From NCBI RefSeq assembly GCF_009914755.1, contig NC_060925.1: 64,000 nucleotides of DNA; one strand, given 5' to 3'. The translations under genes and the position numbers were made by a program. This DNA comes from the human T2T-CHM13v2.0 reference genome, Homo sapiens. The notes under the pieces were generated by a model. The model searched no databases. It was not told where the DNA came from and saw only the letters and a program-made list of their open reading frames with translations. Positions 39,014 to 57,765 of this stretch are shown here, in pieces. Within the stretch, counting starts at the first letter, position 1. Each line of letters opens with the position of its first letter.

Positions 39014-42000
39014 TAAAATGTCTTTATATGTAATGTATTTTGTAAGACTCAGATTTACTGTCTTTAGAAGCTGGAATCATAGTGATTTCTTTTTGGCATA
39101 TTTGGTTTCTTGATAAGCTATTTTTTAAAGGAAATTTTAAATAATGCAATCATGTCATGTCGTTTGAATCCTCCCTATCTTCTAACTTTTGAAGACAACC
39201 TGAAACAGGAGATTGGTGAGGAATAAAGCACTTGTGAATTTGGTTAAATTAATTTCAGAAAAATGTGTTAAATCCTACAATGCCTAGCACTATGATAGAC
39301 CCTACAAATATGGGATGAATGAAAGTGAGGGCCTGTCAGTGGGAAGCTTGGTCCAATCTTTTCTTCATTATGAAGATGGAATATGGACCCCAGATTGGTT
39401 TGATTTCATGAACATAGAGAAAAGCCTCCACCTAGTTACTTTACTTGGCCTTTAAATAAGTTACACAGTTTGAAACACCTTTGCTATGTAGGAAAGATGT
39501 GAATTGATCTTTGTCTGAAAAGCATACTTTGTACTTCTGAGAAGAATGCTGTTTTTTACATCATCAATTATTTTCACTTATGGGGAGGCCTTCCTTAGGT
39601 CCCGGATTTCAGAGGGCAATTAAATTTAATTAATTTGGCAAATAGTGAATGAGAACTTACAATATACCAGTCCTGGTCATCAACTATGGGGACGGGGTGG
39701 TTTCTGTCATATTGGAGCCCACATTGTAGTTGAGGAATGAAAAATTACGGAGAAAATTTACGGTATGTTTTACTCTGTGAAACAGGCTAAGTAGACGATG
39801 TGAAAATACTTCAAGGGAAAATTACCTAACCTGTATTCTCTAACATGAAAATCACAGCCAAAGAAAAAGAGACAATAAATGTGTGGGATGCAGCAGTTGG
39901 AACCACTTTAAATTAACACTAAATTCCTGATTTTATTAAGAAATACCATTAGATTACAGGTTTCTAAGTGATGAGTAGTTATGTTTTGACTGACTGACTG
40001 TAAGTAGGGGTTTTGACTTAAACAGTTTTTTTTTGTGTACCCCTTGTGGCGCTCAAAATCATTGTGTATAAAAGACATCAATGAAGTGTTTTTCTACTGA
40101 TTATTTGTTACTGAAATAATGATATGAAATGCTGTTTTCCTGTTACATGATTAAAATAAGCATTTAAAAGAAAATCTCAAATATATAAACCCCTTAGGGA
40201 TCCAAGAATCTTAAAACTTGCTTGTCCTAATAATGAGTTAAAATGCATTGTTATTTGTGCATGGTGTTTGTGAGTGGATGTGTGTATTTATTGAACTGTG
40301 TGTGTGAAAGTGATTTAGGAGGTCAGCAAGGGCGCCCTTTCTCCTGTGCAGTCTTTACAGCTATTCAGCCCTTGCCAGTCAGAATGTGATGGATGAGTTC
40401 AGGAATTGAACTCTGACCCTCACTGGGAGAACATGGACCTTGTCAGAGGTATCTCAAAGAATTCCCATTATCCTTTCATTTTAAAGATTCTTGAAATTGC
40501 TTGTAATTCTTGCCTTAGGTAATGAAAACTTTCTTTTCAGTTTATAATAAGCTAATAGCAAAATGATGTGCATTCCAAATATCCACTCATGGCATAAAAT
40601 TACTATCTGACTCAGATAATATTAATATTATAGCCAAAAAGTATTAATTGCCACTGCAACTTTTATCAAAATAATTGACCAAATTCACCTAATGGCTGTA
40701 ATTTATTTGTAGCACTGAACAATTATTGGAGAAGATGAAGCCAATTGCCATAGAATAAAAATTATTCTTGTAATTTGTATACTGCATTGTTCCTGAGCAC
40801 ACATACAAACTCTATGTGTAATGCATAAACTCTTTAAAAAAAATTAAACACATACAAAAACACAAGCTCAGTCAGCATTAGCATTTAATTAACTGATTCC
40901 TCAAAAATAACTGGATGTTTGATTATTTGTTTCACGTCAATCCTGCTGTTGGCTGCATTTTATTTTATTATTTTTTAAAAGCCTGAATAATGAAATCCAA
41001 AACCCCACATCTAGCTCAGAGCTCCCAAAATGCCTCTAAGATAGTTGTATAGTAAAGCAACTACATCTAATTCAAGTAGGCATATTTAATCAATGGGAAA
41101 ATTGTTAAGTGTCCCAAAAGAAACTATGTTAAAAAATTATTGTAAAACAACGTATATGCTGAATATACTTCAGTTCAGTTAATTTTTTTCTAAGATGTAA
41201 CAATCAACTAACACTAAAATTGACAACCTTATATAAGACCATTAGGTGACATTTAAGAGCAGAATCAGCATTGCTTCTTATTTCACAGGATTTCTCAGAT
41301 ATTAGAATGCTTTTAGCACTATGTCTGGGGTGACCTGATTATGACAGATTTATTTTCCTTATAAATTGCTTTTAAAGATAAACAGAAGCCATTTGGGAAG
41401 AGATTTATTCTTCTCAAAATCAAAAACTCTAGCTACAAGAAAAAGCTTGCAGTTAAAATAAAAGCTGTATTTAAATATTCAACATTCAACAAAGGACATA
41501 ACTAAGTTAAGTCTCTATATAATCAGAAAACATGGGATTCTACCAAAAAATTATTCATGAGGAATGGGAAGGTTAAGAGAGGAGAAATGCTTAAGTCTTA
41601 CAAATTAAGCTTCAGAAACACAATTCAAGAAGGGATTGTAGCAATATGGTACCTGTTTTCACATATATTATGACATATCAAAACTTAAACATGCTTTCAG
41701 TGGTTTATTCAATATTTCATCTCCAAATAATAGTCAAAATGAAAGAATCTATTTTATGGTATTTGTTAGTTCTTCATTAATTTATCAGTTTAGTCATCCC
41801 TTTATCCACCACTCCCTTTTTCACTGCTTCCTCCTAGCACGTAGTTATAACATCTAATAGCTTTGTTTTAAATGCTAATAAAGTGTTTATTGTCATTCAG
41901 TGGTATTGCATCAGTAATATTTTCTTCAGGAATTCCAAAAAGCACAACTCTAGGTGGAGCCAAGTACGTTACGCAATCTGAGAATGGTGTTCCTCAGTGG

Positions 42001-43484
42001 TATTCAAGCAGAGTCACATGATAAAGCTCTGATGGATGTAATAGATGATAAGGCATAGCTCCTAGCAATTGCTAGATAAAGGCTAATTTATGATTGTGTC
42101 TCTCAACAATCCAGTTTTCCCTACCCTGACCCCTCCTCTATGTTATAACTTACAATAATGTAAGTTTATATTTGGTAAATTTCATAGTAGTAATAAAATT
42201 ATTACCTCTGTACATATTTATTGGTTATCTTCTATTTGCACCTTGTTCTATATAGGTGCTAATGTGTTTGGTGGGTCGCCCTTTCATTCTCACATGGCCA
42301 ATATTTTCCCCATCAAAATTACCTAGTTTCAATCCTGCCAATTCTACTTGAAAATGGTGAGATGATAAAATTGGAGGCAGGGGAAACTTTGAGTGAGGTA
42401 TAGAAGGAAAAGTTTGCTGTCATTACTCTTCATGTTTGCTCTTCCAACTCTCTCCCCCAACCCCATATAGGATGGATGCCTTCTGAAACCAACATGTAAT
42501 GATGTTTTCTCTTCATGTTTAAAAGATAGGATAAACTCTAATTATTTTTATTGCTCTTGGGTGGTTACACAAAGATCTATGTACCCCTTTTCCAGAACTA
42601 GACTACATTAAAAAGGAAGAAAATAATAACATCAACATGTGCTCTGTTCAAAGTCTCTCTTTAAAGATTATCCAGAAATCACAGGAATCCTTATTTCCTC
42701 TCAGAAAATATAAAGTCTTTTTCTTGTAGTGTCCTGAATAAAGTAAGAACGTTATAATTGAATGCCACAAATAAATCTGCCTCAAATGAGGGAAGAAAAC
42801 TAAAATATTATATGTTACAAATATTCAAAATTTCTGGCCAAAGGCACATACTATAAATGGTCACAAGCCTTCTCCCTTTGAAGAATTCACAGAATAGCAC
42901 TCAGAATTTGGCTGTGAGTAGTCAAGCTTCATGGCTATACAAACAATGCAGACACAGGGGTCTGAGTTTGGTTTAATGTTCTCCTGTAAACATTTTGAAA
43001 TTCTTAATAGTTCATGAATACTGAGCCTCACATTTTTGTTTTTTACTGGGCTCTGCAAATTATGTGGCCATGGATTCTGGTGGAAGCACATTTGCATCAG
43101 TTTGGGTTCTTGAATGCTTGGAAGTCAAGAAAATTCCATCATCAGCAAAGGACTAGACTTGAAACAATTCCTTAGCAACTGAGAATTACTGCCATTGCTT
43201 TAGCTAGAGAATTAAGAGGCAAGAAATACTTCTGTTCATTCTCTGTCTCCTGGTTTTCTGAACATTCATGTTCAGGTTGAAATAACCAAAAGGAGCTCTG
43301 GTAAGAAGAAATATTTTTCATTTTGACAGATTCTGAAACAACCTTTCTCTTGGCTGTTTAGCTTTTCTGTTTGTATTCTCTCTTCTGCTTTCTCTGGAAA
43401 TAGGTGAGTTTACAAAAGTGGAAAATTCACCTGATTCCTTTTTGGCCTTGCCTCTATGACTGCATCTGTGAATGCATCTATGAA

Positions 43485-43755
43485 TTCCTTAGAAGCTTGG
43501 ACTCTGGAAGCCAAATGCTTTGGTCTGGCTCCCCTTTGGGGTACTTAAAAATTTTTCTATAGAGTGTAAACTTGAAAAACTTTTTAATAATCTCTTCCTG
43601 AGATTTCTCATTGGTAAAATAGGAATAACAATAGTATATAGTATATATCTCGTTTCTTTTTATTAGACTTAAATGAGATAATGTATATTAAATATTTAAC
43701 AAGTTCCTGGCACATACTAAATTATCAGTATATTTAACCATTTCTTTCTACTGTT
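43485..43755 (+). mobile_element. MIR SINE
   Basis: 'tggactctggaagccaaatg...attggtaaaataggaataacaatagt...aaatgagataatgtat...cctggcacata'. Confidence 0.7.
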
Positions 43756-44683
43756 AAGTTCAGCTTTAATGTCAGTCCTTTATGCATATATCATATTATC
43801 TAAAATTATATGCCAAAATATCTTGAAGTATTACGTTGGTAATTATTTTATCAATAAGAATTATTTCTGTTTTGCTACCAGCACTATGTAAATGTTGTTT
43901 CTCTGTTGCCTCTTCCTCCTTTATTTGAAGTCTTTTAAATAAATGAAATTTTATAGTAACTATTTTACATAAACGTTTTCTAGTAGTTTCTCTTTTTTCA
44001 GAGCTCCACATTTTTTCTTTTGCTTTTTCAAATAAAACATGTAAGAGGAAGCTAAAATATGAAAAAGTGCTTAATATTTTTTATATTCATAGCTTAAAAC
44101 TAAATATAATACTAGCTTCCATATATTAAATCAATCTACTGGTTATTTCTATGAATCATAAAAATACCATTTCACAAATTTTACTTTCAATCACAAAGAA
44201 CTGATAATGTTTTCCTTGCAAAATGAGATTTACATCCTCTTTTCTCAGCAAATGAATATAGAAAATAGTGCAAGAGATTATCGTTGGCAGAGATTCATGA
44301 ATAGAAGCTGGGCGTTTTTTCTCAGGGACCCCAAAGGGGAAATGTTAACAAGGAGCTATAAGGTGGCAGAGAAAGCCTAATGAAGTTCATTTCCCACCAG
44401 TCAAAGAGATGAACATTTTAGGAGGCACAGCAATCGATCAATAGGCTTATTAAATATTAACACATCTTTCTCACTTTCTTCATTAGAGTTTTTGCAGAGT
44501 AACTAAGAATGTGACTGTGCCAAAGACTTGAACTCTTTCAAGAACCAAGGTAGACATCAGCAATCAGTGTTGATATTTAATTATAATACATGATGCTTCA
44601 TCTCAGAAATACCAGTAATGTCACTGGCATGGAACTCTAAAGAATAACCATGTATAATCATCCTGTCTCTTTATCCTCCACGT

Positions 44684-44684
<1 letters not shown>

Positions 44685-44729
<45 letters not shown>
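44685..44729. repeat. (CA)n microsatellite, ~22 units
   Basis: Seen directly. Confidence 0.95.
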
Positions 44730-45394
44730 TTCTTGATTAAAGTCATAAAGCCATAGTCAATTGTTAAGAATAAGCACTTGGCGTATCAGAGAGCTACTAA
44801 ATAAAATCCCTAGACAGTCTTTGTGATAGTTGTTTTCAAGATCTTAGATGTCTTGACAACATTACCCTTCTAAGTGCAGGTTACAAAGTTTACTCAGACT
44901 TACCTCCTGGATATTTTAGGTGAGTGTAGTGCTCAGTCTGGACATCTGCTTTTGAAAACAGTATCCTGTTTGATTTTCAAATGTATTTTGGGGGGCCTCT
45001 CCTATTGTGATTATTGTATTGTCAGAGTGTACATTTTAACCACATAGATCTCTTAAAAAACAGCAACTGATTTCTACAGGATGCTGAAATGCCTCCTTAA
45101 ATACTCAGAAAAAAATGTTTCTCCCTAATGTACTTAATTTTCTTAGTTGAATGATAAATTTGTACTACCTTAAGCAATTCTTCATCACTGTATCCTTAGA
45201 CCACTGTGAGGGGTATATTTGAAGACTGAGGTTAAATTATTATAGTCATAAAAATATTTCAGGCTACAAATATGCAATTCTTAGGGAAAAATAAAACTGT
45301 TTGCTGCTTCTGAATTGAACTTTCAAAATGCTGCTTTGAGAGTATATGTTCACGCTGAAATACTTTTTTTACTCTCCATTGCCCAAAGGTCAAG

Positions 45395-45590
45395 TCTAGG
45401 CTTCCTCTGCAGAGGGTTTCACAATCTGGACCCTTACTTTTCATTTATATCTGTTCCCCATGTCAATCAAACTGGCACACTTAATAGACTGAATTTATTT
45501 TGTTTTCTTTCACCTTTATTATTTTGCTCACTTTCCTTGATTGGAATTCCTTTCTCTTTTATGCAGATTCCAACTATCTTCATGTAACAT
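45395..45590 (+). mobile_element. L2 fragment, continuing after an inserted MIR (45590-45770, -)
   Basis: 'tttcacaatctggacccttac' is L2-like; 'ttcctgaggcacagagctacaaaatgacagagactagattt' is reverse MIR. Confidence 0.45.
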
Positions 45591-47583
45591 TATTGGGAGC
45601 CTACTATCTGCAAGGCCCTATGCTTGTGATTTTATGTGGAATCTCCAAATAAATCTCTGAAACAGTGGTTTATTTTAAAGATTAAGAAACTATGGCTTGC
45701 ACATACTAAATTCCTTTCCTGAGGCACAGAGCTACAAAATGACAGAGACTAGATTTAAAATACAAGTTCAGTTTTTTTTTCTTTTTTATTTCACAGTTGC
45801 CTTCAAGCCAGATAAAATTCTATCTCCTTTATAAGCCTTCTCTACTAAATCTCAAGTAATTTCCAAACTCCTAAACAAAATTGCCTGTATAATTAACTGG
45901 CAACTGTAGTCATGTAACATTTCCTTATTCTGTGACTGCCTCCTCCTCTAAATCGTATGCTTCTTAAAATGAAGAGTTCTGACTTTTTCTAACCCCCATA
46001 ATATTTTGCAAAGCCTAAATTTCTTAATCTATGTATTGATAAAACAGTAAATGGCATTGTTTCAAGTTATAAAAATTTTTTCACTTCCCTAGACCTTATC
46101 CTGTTAAAATGTACAATGTCAGAGAAATGTTTCTTTTATGTGAGGATATATGTATACTCATAAATATATGCCTCTATCTAAGAGAGGGGCAAAAAAAGAG
46201 TCCTGTTTGATATTGAACATCTAGATGGTACTTGGGAGGATGATAGTGGATCCTCAAGATCCCCTTGGTCTAAGCAGTAGTACATACATCAAGCAGATTA
46301 CTAGTGTAGTAGGCATAAAGAATCATTACTCATCTGCTGTAATTGTTTATTGTCAGTGGAAACAATGCCTAAGCTCAGTATTCAAGGCAATAGTTAAAGT
46401 TAGAGATTTCATGATAGTGAATCTGTCTGAGCAAGGAGTACATTCAAACTTCAGCACTGGATTTACCTCGGCATCTTTTAACCTGCCCATGTTGTATTCA
46501 GACAAAAGAGAAATGTAAAAAATAGATTAGTGGTGTACAACATTAAGCCAATGTCAGAAATATGATTTCACCAGGGAATTATACATTCATAATATCTCCT
46601 CTTTATCTCTCTAAAAGCAAGCATACTTAAAATTTCACATAGCAATATTTCATGTTTATTTTTGTAATAGAGCCTTGATAGAAACAAATGAGATATACAA
46701 GCATACATTTCTAGGAGGTAATTTTGGAAACTGGAATAGCTTAGTACAATAAATGTTTTTAGAATAAATGAATAATTGAATATAACTAGGTTAGACTTTA
46801 GTAATAGAAATTCTATACTTAATACCTTAGAGGCCATGACAACTTTTAAAGATCTGTTAAATTTAATTTAATTCAATCCAGAAATCGGTACCTTCCTGTT
46901 TGGAGCCGTAGTAATGAGTGTTCTGTAAAAGAGCCCTTGTTGCCAGAGGAACTCCTATCAACTATAGGAATATTCAGATGATATAAGTGAGAATTTTGCC
47001 GCTAATGAAAGAAATGGGTTCAAAAAGAACTGCAGAAGGCAGGCAAATGTTGCAAGAAAGGCAGTATTAATAGTGTATTAATAGTCAAATGGCAGTGCTA
47101 GAATAATAATAATTTAAGGATATTAACAATGACATTTGTATAATTGTGGTCTGGCACTACCCCTCGAATTCAGAATGATCTTGGTTAGGATAAATGCCAA
47201 GTAAACTATTTCAACTTATTTGTAAGTTGCATTTATAACATTGATCTGAAATCCATCTGCAACTGGTATTAAACTCATTTAATGCTGTGTTAGATTCATA
47301 TTCTGGAAGCTAAGCACTGGTTGAAAAGAAGTGACTGGGAAAATGGTAGGTTTGGAGAAGCACTGGAATCATAACTATAGTAGCTGTGATATTGGGAAAA
47401 GTAAGCAAGATGTGCAACAGAAGACCTGGAATGGAGTTCCAAATCCAATCACTACTAATTGAGGTCCTTTAAAAGTCTTGATCCTTTATAAATTTGACTT
47501 TATTAAATTGGGATGAAAATGTTAACACCTAACTCAGGCTGTGAAACTATTTGTCAGAAAATATCTGTGAAAGTTCTATGTAG

Positions 47584-47983
<400 letters not shown>

Positions 47984-49829
47984 AATCTGTTTCTTCTTAA
48001 TGAATGGCAAAAGGAAAAGTATTCTATAGGCTGATAGGCTTTGGAAAGGCCTTCTTTGCAAAAGTGCCAGTAGTTTGTTAACTTGTTATGTTTTATGTCA
48101 AACAAACTCCTACTTTTCTTCCCACCTTTGAAAGACAGAGTTCATTTGCAAATATCCCCAATTGAAGTAACGTACTAATGGCACATGAAGGTAAAAGTGA
48201 CTGATGACAGATTAATCTCTGAGATAAGATTTGATAGCAATGGGTTAACTAGTCAAAAAAGCCCTACAACTTTGATATCCAAGGTGCGGAGTACCTTGAC
48301 AGAGATGCAGCATTTAAAAAGGGATGAATGAGAGTGCCACAAAAATATGGAGTCACTTTAAGTAGAATTCACCCTGTGGTCAAACGATGTAGCAGATTCT
48401 TTGGCAGATCAAAGAGAAAATCTAGTTTCCTCAGATAAAGGAGCTTAAACAGTTGAGGAAACAAAAATGGGACCTCAAAATACTTTAGTCAAAGCAGAAA
48501 ACATGTGAACTAAATGACTGAAAAACTATTCCTGGGGGTGGAAAGTTTAAAAAAGTCACTTTTGAGTCTAGGGAGCAAAGGCCAACAGAGAAACTGAAGA
48601 GTAAACACACCATGGTTAAGAGGGAAACTTTTGCCACTGAGTGATGCTGGTGTCAAGAGTATATTTGAAATTACCTTAGAGATCAAGGGTAGAAATTCTG
48701 TCTTGGCTAGTGGAGTCGGGAGAAAATCTCCGTGTGTAAGAGGAGAGATCAAAGTTAAAACCTCAAAGCTTCCCAGAAAACCACAGACAAAGTAGCATGT
48801 TTCTAATGCACCCTGAATGTGCATTTCCAGAGGCAACACAGAAGTTGAGGGTATTTTGTGAATATGCATTAGAAAATAACAATTATTTTAAATTATGATA
48901 TTACTTGTAATATAATATTTATATATTTATATAATATAATAAGGGGGAAACAAAGCCATGAGATAAAAAGGCATTATATATTTAGGTAGGTTCAATAGAT
49001 ACTATACATAGTTGTATTTTTGTACTTTGATCCAATTCATACATAAAATTTAATATCTTTAAAGTGAGATAAAATTTAAGCAACTTAAATTTTAGATAAT
49101 GCCAAAATTAGATTTAGATGCAAGGAATTATTTTCAATATGTTTTCACTAAATATGTAGCAGTGAATATGCATGTGAAGAGATATGTTCCACCATTTAAC
49201 AGTAAATTAGGAGAAATGTGAACTTTTTCTTCAGTTGTGAAGTTCAGATCTTCCTTTTCTCATGCATGAGCACATCTCTAAGTTCTTTCATGGCAAAAAT
49301 ATTTGGAATATTTATTTTTTTACTATTGATTTTTAAATCTCAACTCTGCCGCAATAGCAAATGTACTTGCACAGAAAAACCAAGTGCTAATATTTGAGAC
49401 CTTCAAAGAAGGATCACTTCAAATGGAAGTGATTAACATTATGGCTAACACTTTATCACTGTTTTGTGATACCAGTGTTTTGTGCCGACTATCCCAATAA
49501 TAATGCTAAAAATCGCATTAATATATTGATACAGTAATAATTTATTTCAAATAAACAGAAAAAATGGTGCATAAAACTGAGAAAGATCATATTAATTTAT
49601 TGTCAATATGATAACTCTGCCACATATAAAGACACCACAGATGTTTCTAGAAAATTGACACAGTGTTTAGTATTGCAGGCTTAACACTGCGATCATTACT
49701 GAGCTCACATTCAATGACTTGTTGTAACATGTATAGAACCATTAAGCTGACTTCAAATAAAAGGATGCATTTCGAGTATAATGAATATTCTGCCTTGCCC
49801 CAGTATTATTGTTCTGGATGTTTTTCTCA

Positions 49830-50900
49830 CACAAGATCTTTATAGAGTCTTCAGCTCACATGATCTCTGTGACACTTGTTTCTTTGATTACTTTCTATTA
49901 CTAAAATCCTCCCTTCAGTTTAGCCTGTCATCTACAACTAGCTCCTGAAATCTTTCTACCTCTCTGATTATCTTACTATTTAACCCTACTTGGCTTTCCT
50001 CTACCTCTGCCTATCCTTTCAATGTTGGTATTCCCCTGAAGGCACCCTTCCAACTTTTGTGTTCTATACATTCTTCTTGGTAGATCTTAGCCTCTGTCAT
50101 AGCTGCAGCTACCATTTATAAACTGATGGCTTCTAAAACTTTAAACCAAACCCTATTCTTTTAAATTCAAAAATTATACTTCCAACATTTCTCACAAACC
50201 ATTACCATTCAGTTTGTATCCCAAGTAATGATTCCAGCTGACACGTTTCTGGAATTTGGCTTTTACTATCTAATTACATAATTCCTGTCCTAGGCAAGTC
50301 TCTCATATGCCCCCATATGTCTTGCCTAGCCTTTTAAAAATGGCCTCCCACATACTTTTACAGTGACAACTGTTTCTCCAGACTTTAGCAAAGGTTACTT
50401 TAGGTAGAGCACACATTGAACCCTGTGATTTCTCTACTAAAAGACCTTTCATATGACTTGGTGTGTCCATGAGATAGAGTTCAAAGCCTCTGATGCGTAT
50501 CAGGCAAAATCCTCTAAAATCCAGGCTTTCCAAGCTCACTGAGCCCAAATTCTCCATTACCCTATAACCAGTGGCCTCCAGATCCACTGACCTTCTTAAA
50601 CTCCTTTTCTTATCATGCTCATTCACTGTTACATGCTTTTTACCTGTAGCTCTATTGGCCTTGAATGTTCTTTCTGTTTCCCATCTGGCAAATGCCTACT
50701 TACTCTTTAACTTGTCCACTTTGTGAAAACGTATTAAACTCAAGAGAATGTGTTGTTTCCTTCTCCTTTTTTTCTATGCTATTATTTTCTCTTTTGAAGC
50801 ATTTTCATCATAGTATTATAATGATCTATTCACAAGCATCTTATCCATTAGAAAGTGTTGTAGTCGTGTTTACATCTTCCATTGCCTAGCACTTAATGGT
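49830..50900 (+). mobile_element. L2 fragment
   Basis: Pyrimidine-rich, with L2-like motifs ('ctaccatttataaactgatggcttctaaa', 'ccttgaatgttctttc', 'tgcctagcac'). Confidence 0.55.
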
Positions 50901-52100
50901 TCTCTGGAGTTTCACTGTTCATAAGTAACTAAGCTGAGATTTGACTCCCAGTCTTCTAAGTCAATATCCAGACCCATTCCCATTAAAATGGATTGCCACC
51001 CTGTCTCGGGGTTCTTTTTTCCTTTTGGGCCTGTATTCTTAGTTACCCGGTATTTTTCACTCTGGCTGTGCTTGCTACTTTATCAAAACAAACTTGGATT
51101 CTAATTAATCAGGATTATACTCAGTGGTTTCATTGCCATTGTGATATTTTGGAAAAGGAAAGATGTCACAATAATTTAAATCATTCATATGTAAGCATCC
51201 AGATATAATTCACACCGTTTATTTGTGGTTACAATGCATGTGAATAGATATTTTATGCACTTTCTTTATCTGTATAATGGGTCATTTTGACAAGTCTGCA
51301 AGATGCAGACAAATTTCTTCTCCTGTGTATGTATTTTCATCCATGATATGTGACTGAATGCTTTCATTTAGGAACTGGGAAATGTTGGGATTGCTAGCAG
51401 CTGAAGAAGAAACACTTAGGGATGAGTGAAAGGGATAAAAATGAAGGGAGAGTAGCCTGATGCCTATACTTTATCTGGCCTCTTTAATTGAGTTTGAGTA
51501 ATATTGGATAAAGATTAGAATATGGTGAAAATTTTGGTTTGGTTTTTAAATGTAGACTTACTAATACCTATAGAATATGTTATAACTATCACAGGTTAGG
51601 AAATATTTGAGTGAAATTTACCTATATTATATCCTATCATTACCAAGCAGTTTTGAGGAAGAGTAGGTTTTAGCCATATATGCCTTTATACACAGAGAGA
51701 AATATTGTCTGGGCCCACAGAAGAAATCTGTAGCAAATGGGGAGCTACACAGTACCTGAGACATACTGACCCCTCCCAGGCTTAAAAGTGTGTGACAGCA
51801 GTACAGAATACAAACACCTTACAAAGACATACAACATATACAGATAGGTATATGAAGATATATTGAATGAATTTTCTTTATTATTATTATTATTATTATA
51901 CTTTAAGTTTTAGGGTACATGTGCACAATGTGCAGGTTAGTTACATATGTATACATGTGCCATGCTTGTGCGCTGTACCCACTAACTCGTCATCTAGCAT
52001 TAGGTATACCTCCCAATGCTATCCCTCCCTCCTCCCCCCCACCCCACAACAGTCCCCAGAGTGTGATGTTCCCCTTCCTGTGTCCATGTGTTCTCACTGT

Positions 52101-55922
<3,822 letters not shown>

Positions 55923-55984
55923 GATGATGTTAGCTGGTGATTTTGCTCGTTAGTTGATGCAGTTTCTTCCTAGTCTCGATGGTC

Positions 55985-57001
55985 TTTACATTTTGGCATG
56001 ATTTTGCAGCGGCTGGTACCAGTTGTTCCTTTCCATGTTTAGCGCTTCCTTCAGGAGCTCTTTTAGGGCAGGCCTGGTGGTGACTAAATCTCTCAGCATT
56101 TGCTTGTCTGTAAGTATTTTATTTCTCCTTCATTTATGAAACTTAGTTTGGCTGGATATGAAATTCTGGGTTGAAAATTCTTTTCTTTAAGAATGTTGAA
56201 TATTGGCCCCCACTCTCTTCTGGCTTGTAGAGTTTCTGCCGAGAGATCCACTGTTAGTCTGATGGGCTTCCCTTTGTGGGTAACCCAACCTTTCTCTCTG
56301 GCTGCCCTTAACATTTTTTCCTTCATTTCAACTTTGGTGAATCTGACAATTATGTGTCTTGGAGTTGCTCTTCTCAAGGAGTATCTTTGTGGCGTTCTCT
56401 GTATTTCCTGAATCTGAATGTTGGCAAGCCTTGCCAGATTGGGGAAGTTCTCCTGGATAATGTCCTGCAGAGTGTTTTCCAACTTGGTTCCATTCTCCCC
56501 ATCACTTTCAGGTACACCAATCAGACGTAGATTTGGTCTTTTCACATAGTCCCATATTTCTTGAAGGGTTTGCTCGTTTCTTTTTATTCTTTTTTCTCTA
56601 AACTTCCCTTCTCGCTTCATTTCATTCACTTCATCTTCCATCACTGATACCCTTTCTTCCAGTTGATCGCATGGGCTCCTGGGGCTTCTGCATTCTTCAC
56701 GTAGTTCTCAAGCCTTGGTTTTCAGCTCCATCAGCTCCTTTAACCACTTCTCTGTATTGGTTATTCTAGTTATACATTATTCTAAACTTTTTTCAAAGTT
56801 TTCAACTTCTTTGCCTTTGGTTTGAGTTTCCTCCCTTAGCTTGGGGTAATTTGATCGTCTGAAGCCTTTTTCTCTCAGCTCGTCAAAGTCATTCTCTGTT
56901 CAGCTTTGTTCCGTTGCTGGTGAGGAACTGTGTTCCTTTGGAGGAGGAGAGGGGCTCTGCTTTTTAGAGTTTCCAGTTTTTCTGCTCTGTTTTTTCCCCA
57001 T
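55985..57001 (-). pseudogene. L1 ORF1, disrupted
   Basis: ATG at 57001, REKG and YPAKLS motifs. Premature TAA near 56778 and a 1-bp deletion near 56112. Confidence 0.92.
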
Positions 57002-57456
57002 CTTTGTGGTTTTATCTACTTTTGGTCTTTGATGATGGTGATGTACAGATGGGTTTTTGGTGTGGATGTCCTTTCTGTTTGTTAGTTTTCCTTCTAACAG
57101 ACAGGACCCTCAGCTGCAGGTCTGTTGGAATACCCGGCCGTGTGAGGTGTCAGTCTGCCCCTGCTGGGGGGTGCCTCCCAGTTAGGCTGCTCGGGGGTCA
57201 GGGGTCAGGGACCCACTTGAGGAGGCAGTCTGCCCGTTCTCAGATCTCCAGCTGCGTACTGGGAGAACCACTGCTCTCTTCAAAGCTGTCAGACAGGGAC
57301 ATTTAAGTCTGCAGAGGTTACTGCTGTCTTTTGGTTTGTCTGTGTCCTGCCCCCAGAGGTGGAGCCTACAGAGGCAGGCAGGCCTCCTTGAGCTGTGGTG
57401 GGCTCCACCCAGTTGAAGCTTCCCGGCTGCTTTGTTTACCTAAGCAAGCCTGGGCA

Positions 57457-57765
57457 ATGGCAGGCGCCCCTCCCCCAGCCTCGCTGCCGCCTTGCAGTTT
57501 GATCTCAGACTGCTGTGCTAGCAATCAGCGAGACTCCATGGGCGTAGGACCCTCCAAGCCAGGTGTGGGATATAGTCTCGTGGTGCGCCATTTTTTAAGC
57601 CCGTCGGAAAAGTGCAGTATTTGGGTGGGAGTGACCCGATTTTCCAGGTGCCGTCTGTCACCCCTTTCTTTGACTAGGAAAGGGAACTCCCTGACCCTTT
57701 GCGCTTCCCGAGTGAGGCAATGCCTCGCCCTGCTTCAGCTTGTGCACGCTGCGTGCACCCACTGA
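57457..57765 (+). CDS. L1 antisense ORF0, open (102 aa); expression unknown
   Basis: MAGAPPPASLPPCSLISDCCASNQRDS... begins at GCAATGG (strong Kozak) with no stop until 57763-57765. Confidence 0.6.
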   Translation: MAGAPPPASLPPCSLISDCCASNQRDSMGVGPSKPGVGYSLVVRHFLSPSEKCSIWVGVTRFSRCRLSPLSLTRKGNSLTLCASRVRQCLALLQLVHAACTH

